From Girardia tigrina (lineage: Eukaryota): a DNA stretch of 64,000 nucleotides. Every line of letters begins with the position of its first letter. Positions within the stretch are counted from its first letter, which is position 1. The notes under the pieces were generated by a model that was given only the letters and a program-made list of their open reading frames with translations, ran no database searches and was not told the origin of the DNA. Both the position numbers and the translations under genes were made by a program. Location of the stretch: the NCBI GenBank assembly GCA_001938485.1, contig MQRK01219513.1, forward strand, positions 31,161-95,160. The letters are read 5' to 3'. This document shows, in pieces, positions 56,283 through 64,000 of this stretch.

Positions 56283-56474
56283 TATATACCTTGCCGTGTT
56301 GTAATATATATTGGCATTATTCACTTGGGGAAACACAGATAAACTTGATTTTGTTCGTGTAAAACCGTTACTGCTTCTCAAAGGAAACCTTACAGAACTG
56401 ATTGATTTGTCTGTCACAGAACTTCTGCTTCGAGCACTTTCGATAGGTCTTTGAATGGTTGAAACAGAGGCCAT
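16407..56474 (-). CDS. TEKT3: Tektin-3/5-like ciliary microtubule inner protein (471 aa, 9 coding exons)
   Basis: Exons 56474-56290, 36833-36655, 30917-30832, 30780-30643, 30600-30530, 30476-30333, 28701-28479, 25598-25444 and 16641-16407 are all GT-AG and phase-consistent (1416 nt). Motifs LYSRFSPNDW, ERVQDISFW, CLVERESRQGIDQVQDDVE, ETRLEERTKRLNVELCND (tektin nonapeptide) and IAIKENSLQIDQKACL. Confidence 0.92.
18930..19330 (-). mobile_element. Penelope-like element 3' remnant (GIY-YIG end plus pLTR)
   Basis: Minus strand reads CESLYIG*TNRH...SSILDHI...DFRIL...KITEALL...KPCLKVQ, followed by a hammerhead motif. Confidence 0.75.
18950..18994 (-). ncRNA. Minimal hammerhead ribozyme motif in a Penelope pLTR
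   Basis: CTGAAGA-T-GTTAC-AGAA-GTGGC-GAAA-CATG-TT: CUGANGA and GAAA cores, stem II, palindromic stem III. Confidence 0.7.
19870..20105 (-). mobile_element. Possible piggyBac transposase C-terminal remnant
   Basis: Degenerate LMRILAQALI...TCQE...GCERFSTEH, resembling a Cys-rich C-terminal domain. Confidence 0.3.
20954..21738 (+). mobile_element. Non-autonomous Helitron
   Basis: 3' hairpin ACTCGTCA-TATA-TGACGGGT (21709-21728), then CTAG|T at 21735-21739; (TGTT)n tract near 20972. The 5' boundary is approximate. Confidence 0.65.
22725..24012 (+). mobile_element. Full-length degenerate IS630/Tc1 transposon
   Basis: TIRs of about 50 bp (…TTTTGAAAATTTCCCAATTAATTTTGAAAAA) flanked by TA. Frameshifted transposase with LDEVGFSVSMR, IIMDNVPFYKS and SPFLNPIKNLF. 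Confidence 0.85.
24050..24950 (+). mobile_element. Degenerate Tc1/mariner-superfamily remnant
   Basis: Decayed WPPRSPDLTP-like segment (LDLTLMDLYF..TIKDKV...VNAGGNWFEYL); ends CTACCCTGATA. A related end lies inverted at about 33240-33325. Confidence 0.55.
25444..25598 (-). CDS. TEKT3: Tektin coding exon 8 (signature nonapeptide)
   Basis: KKAIADKEGPLKLTETRLEERTKRLNVELCNDP. Confidence 0.93.
26770..27525. repeat. Two tandem copies (about 375 bp each) of an interspersed, Helentron-like repeat ending in (TA)n
   Basis: Shared ATTCTTTATGCAGAC...GCCAACAAAGTT and TTGTCATCGAGAATGAGTAAGTGTGCAAAGTTTGA blocks. The end motif AAAGTAAG.TAATAAAAAGAATGGAAAA also occurs at about 180-207. Confidence 0.75.
27525..28065 (+). 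mobile_element. Penelope-like fragment flanked by inverted pseudo-LTRs with degenerate hammerheads
   Basis: Inverted repeats of about 100 bp (27525-27625 / 27955-28065). Internal SNIAEHRKNCKC...DNFKILC...VSCEALLI is homologous to the GIY-YIG tail at 50100-50230. Confidence 0.8.
28479..28701 (-). CDS. TEKT3: Tektin coding exon 7
   Basis: ISIPTSWAKFTQDNISRSQKCRAASEALR...ARNKLQAHLQR. Confidence 0.92.
29336..30043 (-). mobile_element. hAT non-autonomous element
   Basis: TIRs TAGGGTGACCAGAT / ATTTGGTTACCCAA; 8-bp TSD GTTAACAA/GTTAATAA; repeated AAACCGGAGA subterminal motifs; remnant IERIFSIMNGRCTDDRDRMKVELIKAEL. Confidence 0.85.
30333..30476 (-). CDS. TEKT3: Tektin coding exon 6
   Basis: MNRAAQNECEKDLKDK...LDDKMYHLKNTSSGLAYYPGIE. 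Confidence 0.92.
30530..30600 (-). CDS. TEKT3: Tektin coding exon 5
   Basis: EVESIKKCQDKMNKFLQRGEIQM. Confidence 0.9.
30643..30780 (-). CDS. TEKT3: Tektin coding exon 4
   Basis: EHLRVL...PLAISEHCLVERESRQGIDQVQDDVEKCLIK. Confidence 0.92.
30832..30917 (-). CDS. TEKT3: Tektin coding exon 3
   Basis: ERVQDISFWRQELDQEI...ENLR. Confidence 0.92.
35319..36490 (+). mobile_element. Mariner transposase pseudogene interrupted by nested insertions
   Basis: ELQALLDEDDAQT...GRWVSYEL...RIITGDEKYIYFDNPKR (35335-35630) and HLF*SMAHELAEQKF...FFFDGIHKL (36223-36390). Confidence 0.85.
35635..36055 (+). mobile_element. Non-LTR retrotransposon RT fragment (R2/NeSL-like) nested in the mariner
   Basis: TILLPKPGK...SSWRPIALL...DGCAENNFL...MLDCADAFGSV...LIRQLYK, matching early RT motifs. 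Confidence 0.75.
36655..36833 (-). CDS. TEKT3: Tektin coding exon 2
   Basis: NQLYSRFSPNDWASSN...TRSRQAEATKRL; TTTTAG acceptor, GTAAGA donor. Confidence 0.92.
39750..39863 (+). repeat. 15-bp tandem array (CACTTAACCGCATCA, about 7.5 copies) inside the left MULE TIR
   Basis: Directly visible; inverted copies at 43822-43859. Confidence 0.9.
40156..40530 (+). pseudogene. MULE transposase fragment (DDE core)
   Basis: DFEQ...FPNSSVTGCYFHLYQSVLRKV...LPALVFVP...FFEHTYIRGRR...PPRF; MULE CxxH motif. Confidence 0.9.
40617..40760 (-). pseudogene. NDUFS4: Captured NDUFS4-like fragment (complex I 18-kDa subunit)
   Basis: KGVPDEQTHARNARILMPAKNTMHSG...RFETSE resembles NDUFS4 [25 protein letters not shown]...EFDTRE. 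Confidence 0.65.
40989..41582 (-). pseudogene. MOCS3: Captured 5' part of MOCS3/UBA4 (ThiF/MoeB adenylyltransferase domain), truncated
   Basis: RYGRQIILPSFGVQGQ, IIGCGGLGCP, SNLHRQ, DCTDNVVTRYLIND, EGQLTVYNY, YRCIFP.PPP..TVTNCSDGGVFG. Lacks the rest of the domain and the rhodanese domain; CYRC changed to FYRC, DHD to DHV, and a small deletion in VSGSAL. Confidence 0.9.
42670..43009 (+). pseudogene. MULE transposase C-terminal fragment
   Basis: KWNQ...GIARTTNFDEGWHYALQSLFSCHLPTLWKFLEGI...KKYRVLNERVSRAV...IYLRSIAYLSHS*. Confidence 0.85.
43877..44910 (-). mobile_element. Degenerate Tc1/mariner-superfamily element; the Pack-MULE inserted at its 3' end
   Basis: Minus strand reads FYQNNAPCHTAKAVK...PPYSPD..LDYSIW...HTNTKALRNSIAEVWKNL. 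Confidence 0.7.
45390..46239 (-). mobile_element. Helitron-like non-autonomous element inserted in a (TA)n microsatellite (mostly gap)
   Basis: Minus strand starts TCTATATTATAAAAGCCCAAGTCACTCAC and ends with a GC hairpin (GGCCCGC-TTC-GCGGCC on plus) and CTAG. A 25-bp subterminal inverted copy of the 5' end lies at 45446-45470. Confidence 0.7.
45471..46146. other. Assembly gap (others at 9295-9344, 25003-25195 and 59168-59217)
   Basis: Runs of N. Confidence 1.
48171..49098 (+). mobile_element. Ty3/gypsy-like gag remnant with three CCHC zinc knuckles
   Basis: One stop and one frameshift. Knuckles WNCKETGLRRSEC, CHACGEEGHVRREC and CGRCNNPGHRAEEF. Confidence 0.75.
49098..50420 (+). mobile_element. 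5'-truncated Penelope-like element (RT, GIY-YIG endonuclease, pLTR)
   Basis: YKQVDCVAMGSPMAPTLASIFL, YKRYVDDIF, LPFLDL, IYRKKT, NLIYQFSCNGC..YIGETSRHLCKRIKEH and EALLIK..NPSINVQ; two frameshifts. Confidence 0.92.
50341..50402 (+). ncRNA. Minimal hammerhead ribozyme motif in the Penelope pLTR
   Basis: CTGAAGA(50359)-T-GGTGG-AAAAT-CCACC-GAAA-TATA-TT, with flanks ATTGTTGT/GCGACAAT able to pair. Penelope pLTRs are known to carry such minimal hammerheads. Confidence 0.75.
51690..51935 (+). mobile_element. Mariner transposase N-terminal remnant
   Basis: MEKVEI*RIMKFKFLRETSASET...VDYDELKILVGSNPSQ. Confidence 0.6.
52911..53130. mobile_element. piggyBac-derived MITE (220 bp)
   Basis: TTAA|CCCTTTCCTG...CAGGAAAGGG|TTAA. 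Confidence 0.85.
53370..53830 (-). mobile_element. MULE transposase remnant
   Basis: FEYFYVRVRR...YPIHVWN...IARTNNATEG*NYGLKNLFHCHHPSL; a TIR-like ...TAAATGTC repeat lies at 53380-53415. Confidence 0.75.
54135..54835 (+). mobile_element. MULE TIR-like GATGAA repeat array followed by a MULE transposase remnant
   Basis: Tandem GGGATGAAC units at 54140-54264; IMGCFFHFTQCVYRSIQ...LTIWKFMNCLKSEQ...LTHNINF*. Confidence 0.75.
55728..55770 (-). ncRNA. Minimal hammerhead ribozyme motif
   Basis: CTGAGGA-T-GATC-AATAAG-GATC-GAAA-CATG-TC: canonical core with a GUC cleavage triplet; stem I is poorly paired. Confidence 0.65.
55730..56135. repeat. Foldback (long inverted repeat) of about 400 bp capped by two hammerhead motifs
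   Basis: Arms pair around 55925-55942 (e.g. TTTCTTAACAGTATA/TATACTGTTAAGAAAT). Hammerhead cores at 55763-55732 (-) and 56094-56125 (+). Confidence 0.8.
56085..56135 (+). ncRNA. Degenerate hammerhead motif
   Basis: CTGATGA-T-GATC-GATGAG-GATC-GAAA-CATG-TG; the GUG triplet is likely inactive. Confidence 0.55.
56231..56285 (+). repeat. (ATT)n microsatellite adjacent to the tektin exon 1 donor
   Basis: About 18 ATT units, directly visible. Confidence 0.95.
56290..56474 (-). CDS. TEKT3: Tektin coding exon 1
   Basis: MASVSTIQRP...NIYYNTAR; phase-2 donor joins in frame to 36833. Confidence 0.75.
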
Positions 56475-56611
56475 TGTTTACTACAATGAATACTTAAAAA
56501 AAATTTAAATTTTATAAATCTGAGGTTGGATTACACTATATTATTTATATTAACAACTTACCTGACAATAAATAATTAATTTTTTGTTTTAAATGCGCGC
56601 TATTATACGTT

Positions 56612-56625
56612 GTCGTTAAGGTTAC
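56612..56625. promoter_or_regulatory. Candidate RFX X-box in the tektin promoter/5' region
   Basis: GTCGTTAAGGTTAC resembles the 14-bp X-box palindrome. It lies about 50 bp upstream of a 5'-UTR intron (56561-56493, CAG|GTAAGT...TTTTAAG). RFX is the known regulator of ciliary genes. Confidence 0.45.
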
Positions 56626-57454
56626 TATTCTGATAGAATTTGTTTAATGTTCGGGACAGCATTTAAGTCTAGTTGAGCAAGACACACAGTATTTTTTGTT
56701 TCAAACGCTGTTTAAGTTTTATATCACTAGTTTAAAATATTTATAATTATTGTTTTATCAATTTGACTTGCAAATTTAAACAAACATTTATATATTTTAT
56801 TTAATTAAAAAGATATAGTATAAACTACTGACAAACTACATAAACTACTGATAGAGATCAATTTAAATACAACTTGTTGATCAATGCAATGGAGATCAAT
56901 TACTGATCGATTGTATTGTACATAAACACCAGAAAATTATGTAATAAATATGATCTATGTATCAGTTACTTTAATAATAACGTTGTTTTTCAATAAAATT
57001 GCCACCGGGTTTTTATTTACGATCAATTTGAAAATAAAATACACAAATTAGAAAGAAAGAAACTTTTGAAGAAAAATGTGAGCAGATTTAATAGTTTTTT
57101 TTCAAATAGTTAAACAAATAAAACAAATTCATTAAATGTGAGTAAAAGTTACAAAATTGTAATCAATACAGACAAAACATTTAAAATTAATAATGCAATT
57201 AAACTGACATTATTTTTGGTTAAAATTACTTGTTTTAAAATTTTCAGTAAAAAAATGTAATCTTGAATAAATCAAATACAAATAATTACATTAATTATAG
57301 TTATTTGTATGTAGATATGATAAAACATTTTGTTTTAAAATTATTTAAAATTTATTAAAAAATATATTGTTATAAATATATTAAATAATATTTACTGATA
57401 AATTGGCAATTGTTTTTTTTAAATTAAGACGCCATTTTAAAATATATTTTTTTA

Positions 57455-57502
57455 TTAAAGCAATATATTTCGACGGAATATCCGTCAGCATCAGGTGATA
57501 CT
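57455..57502 (-). ncRNA. Degenerate hammerhead motif (solo Penelope pLTR-like)
   Basis: CTGATGC-T-GACGG-ATATT-CCGTC-GAAA-TATA-TTG; same architecture as the motif at 50359, with an A-to-C change in the core. Confidence 0.55.
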
Positions 57503-57781
57503 GATTCTAGCTGTTAAGCTTATGGTGATTGCATAATCAATTGTGTATTAACTGTTTCACGCAAAAACTTCCATGGCGAAGAAGACTTTTTGATTATATA
57601 TTTTTTTCAAAAATTTAAAAACATCATAAATACAATTTCATTTCAAAATGTTTAAGCTACTAATAAGAGTTCACTAGTATTAGATCTCTTAGCGTTTCTA
57701 TTCTGTGTTTTGTTAATAATGTTTTGTCGAAATCTCACTTATCGACTATGAATACTAATGTTCCAGATTAATAATTATATA

Positions 57782-59153
57782 TCCTGCCCTACTAAAAGTC
57801 TTCGATCAGTAGCTTTTTCATACTTTTAACTGGTCGCAATGAATTCTATAACATTTAAACCCAAATAAAATGCAGAAGACAGGTGAGGCAATGGAAAAAT
57901 TAGTATTTAATACAGTTTCCTTTAGCTCTTATCACTGATCTTACCCTGTTTGGCATAGGATCGACCAATTTTTTCAGGAGCAGAGGAGGAATATTTGCCC
58001 ATTTTTTTCTGCAGCTGAAGTTCCAATTCAGTGGCATTCCGTGGAAGCACCTGCCTTTTACAAACGAGTTGGTCTACCTCATCCCAAAGCAATTCGATTG
58101 GGTTCAAATCCGGGATTTTTGGCATCCATTCCAGTACGTTTATGCCACTTGTTTCGAAGAAACTCTTAATGAGGTGCGACGTATAGATTGGTGCCATATC
58201 GTGTTGGAAGAGCATATTGGCAATTTCTGGGAGGAATGGAAGCAGTTCATGTTCAACGATTGCTTGGTACTCCATGGAATTCATGTTGTTAGTACACTTG
58301 ATCAATGGGCCAGTACCATTGACTGTGAAGTAACTCCAAAACATTATGGAGCCGCCACCGTACTTGACTGTTGGAAGAACACAATCAGGATGAAATAGTT
58401 CATCACTGCGCCGTAATGCGAATTGTCGTCCATCGGAATGGAAGAGCGTAAAACGGGACTCATTGCTCCATATAATTTTCTGCCAATCAGCAGGAGTTCA
58501 GATACGTCTGACATTACACCAACGAAGACGCCGCATGCGAATGGCTTCTGAAATAAATGGTTTTCATGCACATACTCTCCCGTAGAAACTCAAAGAAGGC
58601 AGATTTCTGCGAACTGTACACATGCTTGTTTGTGTGTGGTCTGCGTTGTACTCAGCACTAATCTGTGCCAAGGGCATGCCCCGGTTCTGCTTCACAAGAC
58701 GAACAAGCTATCGTTGGTCACGATTGCCCAAACATTTTGGTCGGCCAGATCGCTCCTTATTCACATCACTGTACGTGCTGCGATACTTTGGGGTGACCAG
58801 AGATTTTGGGTGACCAGTTAGCTGCGCAATTTCACTCTGAGATTTGTTGCACAGATAACAGCCATAGATGACGCCCTTCTCAAAGTCCTTAAGATCCTTT
58901 CGTAATGCCATGCTCAGCAATATAGTGAATAATAGTGAAAAAGAAAAACTCTTCATGCAATATAACTTCTAAGAAATCTATTTATAGACAACCAATAGGA
59001 AGGCCAGCCACAGTATAAACTTTATCATTTCAGTATACTGATAGTATAACAGCCTTATAATTCTTTCATTTTAGATGACTTTCTCAATAAACTCATAATA
59101 CAACAGAAAAGAGTCAAATATGCTTCTGACCGAAGACTTTTGGTAGGGCAGGG
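57782..59153 (-). mobile_element. Near full-length Tc1 transposon with disrupted transposase
   Basis: TIRs of about 35 bp, (C/T)CCTGCCCTAC(T/C)AAAAGTCTTCG, flanked by TA. Transposase motifs RSGRPKCL, IWSDESRFTLFHSDG, MFWSYF, FQHDMAPIYT and PDLNPIELLW. Confidence 0.92.
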
Positions 59154-59217
59154 TATATATATATATANNNNNNNNNNNNNNNNNNNNNNNNNNNNNNNNN
59201 NNNNNNNNNNNNNNNNN

Positions 59218-59271
<54 letters not shown>

Positions 59272-59956
59272 TATTAATATTAATATTTAAAAGTATAAAA
59301 AATACTACAAAATAAATATATATATATATAGATATTTATAAAGTTTTTATAATTTTTTACAAAAAAAATTGTTACTGGAAAATTCCAGAAAATTATGATT
59401 GTTGTTTAAATATGGTATGTTACGTGGGAACAGTAAATTTTACAAAATTGTAAATAAAGAAAATAAACTTTTAATTTCGAATTTCCCTTTATTAATATTC
59501 TGGTTTATTGAATTTTCTGTCAAACAATGGAGCTGAGTTTAAATTTCCAAAACGCGATTTATTCTCTTGAATCGATGTCCAATTTGAAAACGGAAAATTG
59601 GATGTTCGTTAAGACTCCGTATTTTGAGTCGAAATGTGTTACGATTTATTTGATCTTTGAGCTCATCGTACCGAAATTAATGACCAATCGATCAGCGTTT
59701 AATTTAAAATTTGTTATAATATCGTACAAGCTCGTCATTTGGTCGGTGTATATGTTGCAGTGACAATCGCGACTCAATAATGTTAGCCTGGGCTGTTTAC
59801 ATTTTCTATATCTCAAAATTGGTGAAACTACTCGACCTAGTCTTCTTTATTCTTCCAAAGAAAAACAACTAAATAACATTTCTTCATGTCCACCACCACG
59901 CAATAATGTCACTTCTATGGTGGCTTACTTTAAAATTTGTTGATAGCGGGGAGGTG

Positions 59957-60094
59957 ATGGATATTTTGTCAAAACACGAGATCGTCATTCCGGCTTTCAG
60001 AACCACACAAAGTGTTGAAGATGTTCCAACAGTTAAGGATGAAATTGCTAAATCATCGGGAAGCAGAAATGTGATTGTTAAAGCTCAGGTTCTA
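59957..60094 (+). pseudogene. Isolated fragment of succinyl-CoA ligase beta subunit (SUCLA2/SUCLG2-like N-terminus)
   Basis: MDILSKHEIVIPAFRTTQSVEDV...EIAKSSGSRNVIVKAQVL resembles [40 protein letters not shown]; homology stops before AGGRGKG. Confidence 0.6.
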
Positions 60095-60229
60095 GAAAGA
60101 GGCTGTCAAGGGGGCGGAATTTATATGAAACAACTGATCTATATATTCTGCTAATATCTTCATGAATCGCACTTCAATTTTATTGTTATATATTTCGATT
60201 ATTCATTTTAGTCTGTCCTCATCGGATGG

Positions 60230-61400
60230 ATTGTCTCTTAATCACCAATATTTATCTATCTCATTACTGTCTTTTCAGTTTTATCTCGAATATATCTAAG
60301 AAATCTCTGTCTGTGATTTTCTCTTGATCTAGTTCTTGGGCCACATAAAACTCTAGCAAGTTTTGTTTTCTTTCAATAGCAAAATTTAAATTGAAAATTT
60401 CCATAATTTATTATTTTTGAGTCATTTGCACAATGTATACGTTTTTTTATTTCACTGATTTTAATATCTTTCATATTTTTAATTATCTCTGCATTGACTA
60501 CAATCACTTTAGCTGTTGTGCAGAAAAAAATAAGCTTTTTTTATCTTGCATGCAAAATCTGTTTTGGACGTCCTTTCAGTTTTTTACAATTTATCTTGAA
60601 CTTTGAAATCTTCAATATATCTGTTGTACCACTTATTTTCTTTCCGTCTTGAATTTTATACTATATCGCTGTTCTCAATTCTCTTTATGTTCTCATTCTA
60701 GCTCCGAAATCTCCCGAGGAATATTTTCATCCGTAAAATTAAACAAACAATCATACACACATTCATAGATAAAATCAAGCAAATATATGCATTGATTTCC
60801 TAATGAAGCATACTGATTTCCACTCTTTGTGATCGTGCATCCTTAATTCCATGTTCGTCTTCAAATCTAGAAAACTACGAAATCTCTTAATGTATTTCGG
60901 TTTCTCAAATTCTCGAATTGTTCTAATCTTCTCAACGTCAGTATTAATACTGTCTCTTTTCACGTTGTGTCTTAAAATTTTCATTTTTTTCTGAAACAAA
61001 TTGCATTTTTCTGAGTTAGTTCTTCGCCCCGTCATCTGAATTCTCGAAAAATGTTTGTCCAGTCTTTCTAAATATTGGATTTATGAATCTGAAAATATTA
61101 AAATGTCGTCTAGATATACTAATGTCTCTTTCAACAATATTTTCCCTAAAACATCCGTCATTAATTTCTGAAATGTTGCTGGAGTGACTGCAATCCCAAA
61201 TGACATTTGGTTAAAACAATACTGCCCTGATTTAGTTGAAAATGCCTTTTTCAGCTTCAATGATTCTTTAACTTCTACTTAATAATAAGCATTCCCTAAA
61301 TCGATAGAGCTGAATCATTTAATACCTATCAGTGAATCTGGAATTTTATCTATATAGTGAATGGGAAATGTGTTGTCTTTCTGTAACTTGATTCAATAAT
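60230..61400 (-). mobile_element. Ty3/gypsy pol remnant (RT and downstream)
   Basis: SSIDLGNAYY, KAFSTKSGQYCFNQMSFGIAVTPATFQKLM, LVYLDDILIFS, EKCNLFQKKMKILRH. Confidence 0.85.
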
Positions 61401-62469
61401 CTGATGTCCAGATAGAAGTGAATTTTCTTTTTCTCCTTTTGCCAAACACAACCCATTTGTGACTTTCAAGTGATTGAGCATTAGAGTTATAACATTTCTT
61501 AGAACTTAAAGTCTGCGGTTGTAAACGATGAGCTTTTATGTCAAATGAACGAAAAGGACCACCAGTTTGGGGAATTTTATAAAAATCTCGCCCACTTGTG
61601 AAAGGAAAAGAAATCCAAACACCATTCTATAATAATAATATGTGTTAGGAGCGTTGTTGAGTTCATAAAATTTTTGAATTTACAATCTGATCAAATTAAT
61701 AATTAAACAATTACATTTCGTAAAATAGTGTTAGAGATATGTTAAAATAAGATTTTCCGAATTTAATGTAAAAATTAATTTGTGTAAAATAAAATAAATT
61801 TTACGGTAGGTTTATTAAAAGATGCATTCAAAGATTTATTATAAAGTAATAAAGTTAATTTTAATTTTGATGTAAATATTTAATTGAAATAAAATAAAAA
61901 GGAATATAAAGTTTAATATTTATTTGCAAAATGAAAATAAACTAAACTATTTTTGTAACTTTTGTTTTACACGATTAAATTGAAGTAAATTAAAATGTAA
62001 TTTTATTTTTTTTGGAAAACGTAATTTTATTGGAATCAAAATATAATTTTAAAATCGCATTTTAATTTACTTCGATTTCATTGTTTTAATTTTGTTTACA
62101 AACGTTATTTTATCAGATCTAAAAGTAATTTTTAAACTATTATGAAAACGAAATGAAAATGTTATTTTATAGAATGGGGAAATATAATTGAGAAACAGTT
62201 AAATTTAAATGTACAATAAAATTGAAATTTAATAAAAGATGACAAAATTTTAATTAATTCACCTTATAATTTTTTAAAAAAGAAAAGTATAAAATTGTAA
62301 TTCGAATAAATGAAAAAACCATATCTATATTTATATCTATTCTTATTTATAATGGTTTGTGTAAAAAGAAAGTGCAAAAGTTCCTTGAAAATATTTGTTA
62401 AAAAAACTAATAGAAATGAAGTTGTGCGTAAATGACTTCTTCTTTTGATCAAGAACCCAAATGATATGT

Positions 62470-63870
62470 ATTATTAAAAGTACGTTAGTATTAAAAGACT
62501 TCAGGTTTCGGTATTTGTCACTTTTGCACTTCACAAATATATCTTCCATCTTCTTCAAAGATCTCTCAAAAACAATATTGGAAAGAAAAATATCCAGAAC
62601 TGATTGCTCCTTAACCCAATGGATTTTGAAGCAGTTTAACGCTTTCAAACATTCAAATTTGGAAATAACAGATTGCAGCACGTCAAACGAGTCTTCCCGA
62701 AGATATTGATTGGAAAAATAGACAGAAGCCGACTCCTTGGAAATGAAACAGCAATCGTTCCTTAGTTGATTCAGATATGAAGGTAGAATGAAAGAAGCTA
62801 TCAGAGTAAATGATGCGCGGGAGTTCCAACTGAATTTATTTAATGAGGGAAGCTTTTGCCATTTGACAATTGAAAATTTACTTTACTTCTCATTTAATTT
62901 AAATGATTCACACATTTCAAAGAGGAATTTGAAATCGTCCCTCCAATCTGTGTTTTCAGTAAGTTGGAGTGTCAATTCTCCTCTGCATCTTCCCTGAAGA
63001 TTTTCATATTCACTGGAAATTTACTCTTTCAAAACATAGTTCATATTAGGCCTGACCAAACGCGTCATGAAACAATAATCAAGCAAATGGCGAAAAATCG
63101 AGTCAAGTGCATGGAGTTAGAACCCGATAAACTAAGGTTTTGTAATCATTTTTTGTAATTCTCTCTGAATTTGAACCACAATATCATTGTATAATCGAGT
63201 ATTAACAGAGACTGTGTCACACACGATCATTCGAACATTTCTTCAGGCTTAAAATCATCGAGCAAATCCATCAATGAAGTAAAAATATCTTTTGCTTAAC
63301 CACATTGGCAAATGAGAATTCCATGATTTAGACATCTAAAGGAACTTCGCAGGTATACATCTTCATACTCTTTATTTTTCATTTTCTTTCCATTGAAATG
63401 AAGACAGAAATCATATTCCCGGTAAAGGATTTCCTTTATTTCGTCGATTTTCTTTCCGATTTTTTTGATAATTCTTTTCCAGATGGCTGTTTGGGATGGA
63501 GAAGCTAAATTTTTTACTCCTTAGACTAAACTGCGACACACTTTTGATGCTTACTGCATTGAGAGATTATATTGTGCAACTAAATTTGCAGCTGATATTT
63601 TTAAAATCTTCAACGATCTCATTTGGGTAATATTCAGAGTCATTTTCACTTTTGGTTTTCATTTTCTCAGGCAGTTCTGTATCAGAATTGGTAAACATAA
63701 AATGCGAGAGTTCCTATGCTACGTCTGGAAGTCTACTTCTTTTAGATGGATGAATGGTAGACAGACATGCAAGTTTTCCAGTAGTAAATTCAATACCCCC
63801 TGGAATTCAGTCTGCTTTCTATTGTTGCGTTCATACGTCCGTACCATTTGCGTAAGCCAAGTTTAAACAT
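62470..63870 (-). mobile_element. Degenerate hAT-superfamily transposase (LHxDGK / DTTxxNTG / RDD type)
   Basis: Minus strand reads SPSQTAIWKRIIK, FCLHFNGK, MIVCDTVSVNT, WRDDFKFLFEMC, LPSLNKFSWNSRA and SNIVFERSLK, with many stops. Confidence 0.7.
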
Positions 63871-64000
63871 AACAACTCACAATATGAGGAAAATAATATA
63901 ACATAATAAAAATAAAAAGTCCCAATAAAACAAGAATTATTTAAATATCAATAATCAAATAAAAGCCATAAAACAAAAGATGTACAAGACAAAATATATT

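Overview
This is AT-rich, repeat-dense eukaryotic (invertebrate-like animal) DNA with four assembly gaps. Host genes read by hand: (1) an intronless orphan ORF of about 450 aa (961-2313,+); (2) a 3-exon, 10-Cys Ly6/uPAR (Quiver/Sleepless-like) predicted GPI-anchored protein (2691-6408,+); (3) a 9-coding-exon tektin-3/5-like gene (471 aa) spanning 16407-56474 on the minus strand, with introns from 42 bp to 19.5 kb. The rest is transposon debris: Tc1/mariner, hAT, piggyBac, MULE, Helitron/Helentron-like, Ty3/gypsy, RTE, R2-like and Penelope-like elements, the last with minimal hammerhead ribozyme motifs. The most notable feature is a 4.1-kb Pack-MULE-like element in tektin intron 1 (39741-43867). 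It has TIRs and a perfect 9-bp TSD (CAAATAATC). Its transposase remnant is split by a cargo of about 2.1 kb, made of stitched host-gene pieces: the MOCS3/UBA4 5' half with upstream CCAAT motifs, an NDUFS4-like piece, and unidentified sequence. Other stray housekeeping-gene fragments (SUCLA2-like, DnaJ-like) and a hammerhead-capped foldback element occur elsewhere. All homology calls come from motif recognition by eye; no searches were run.
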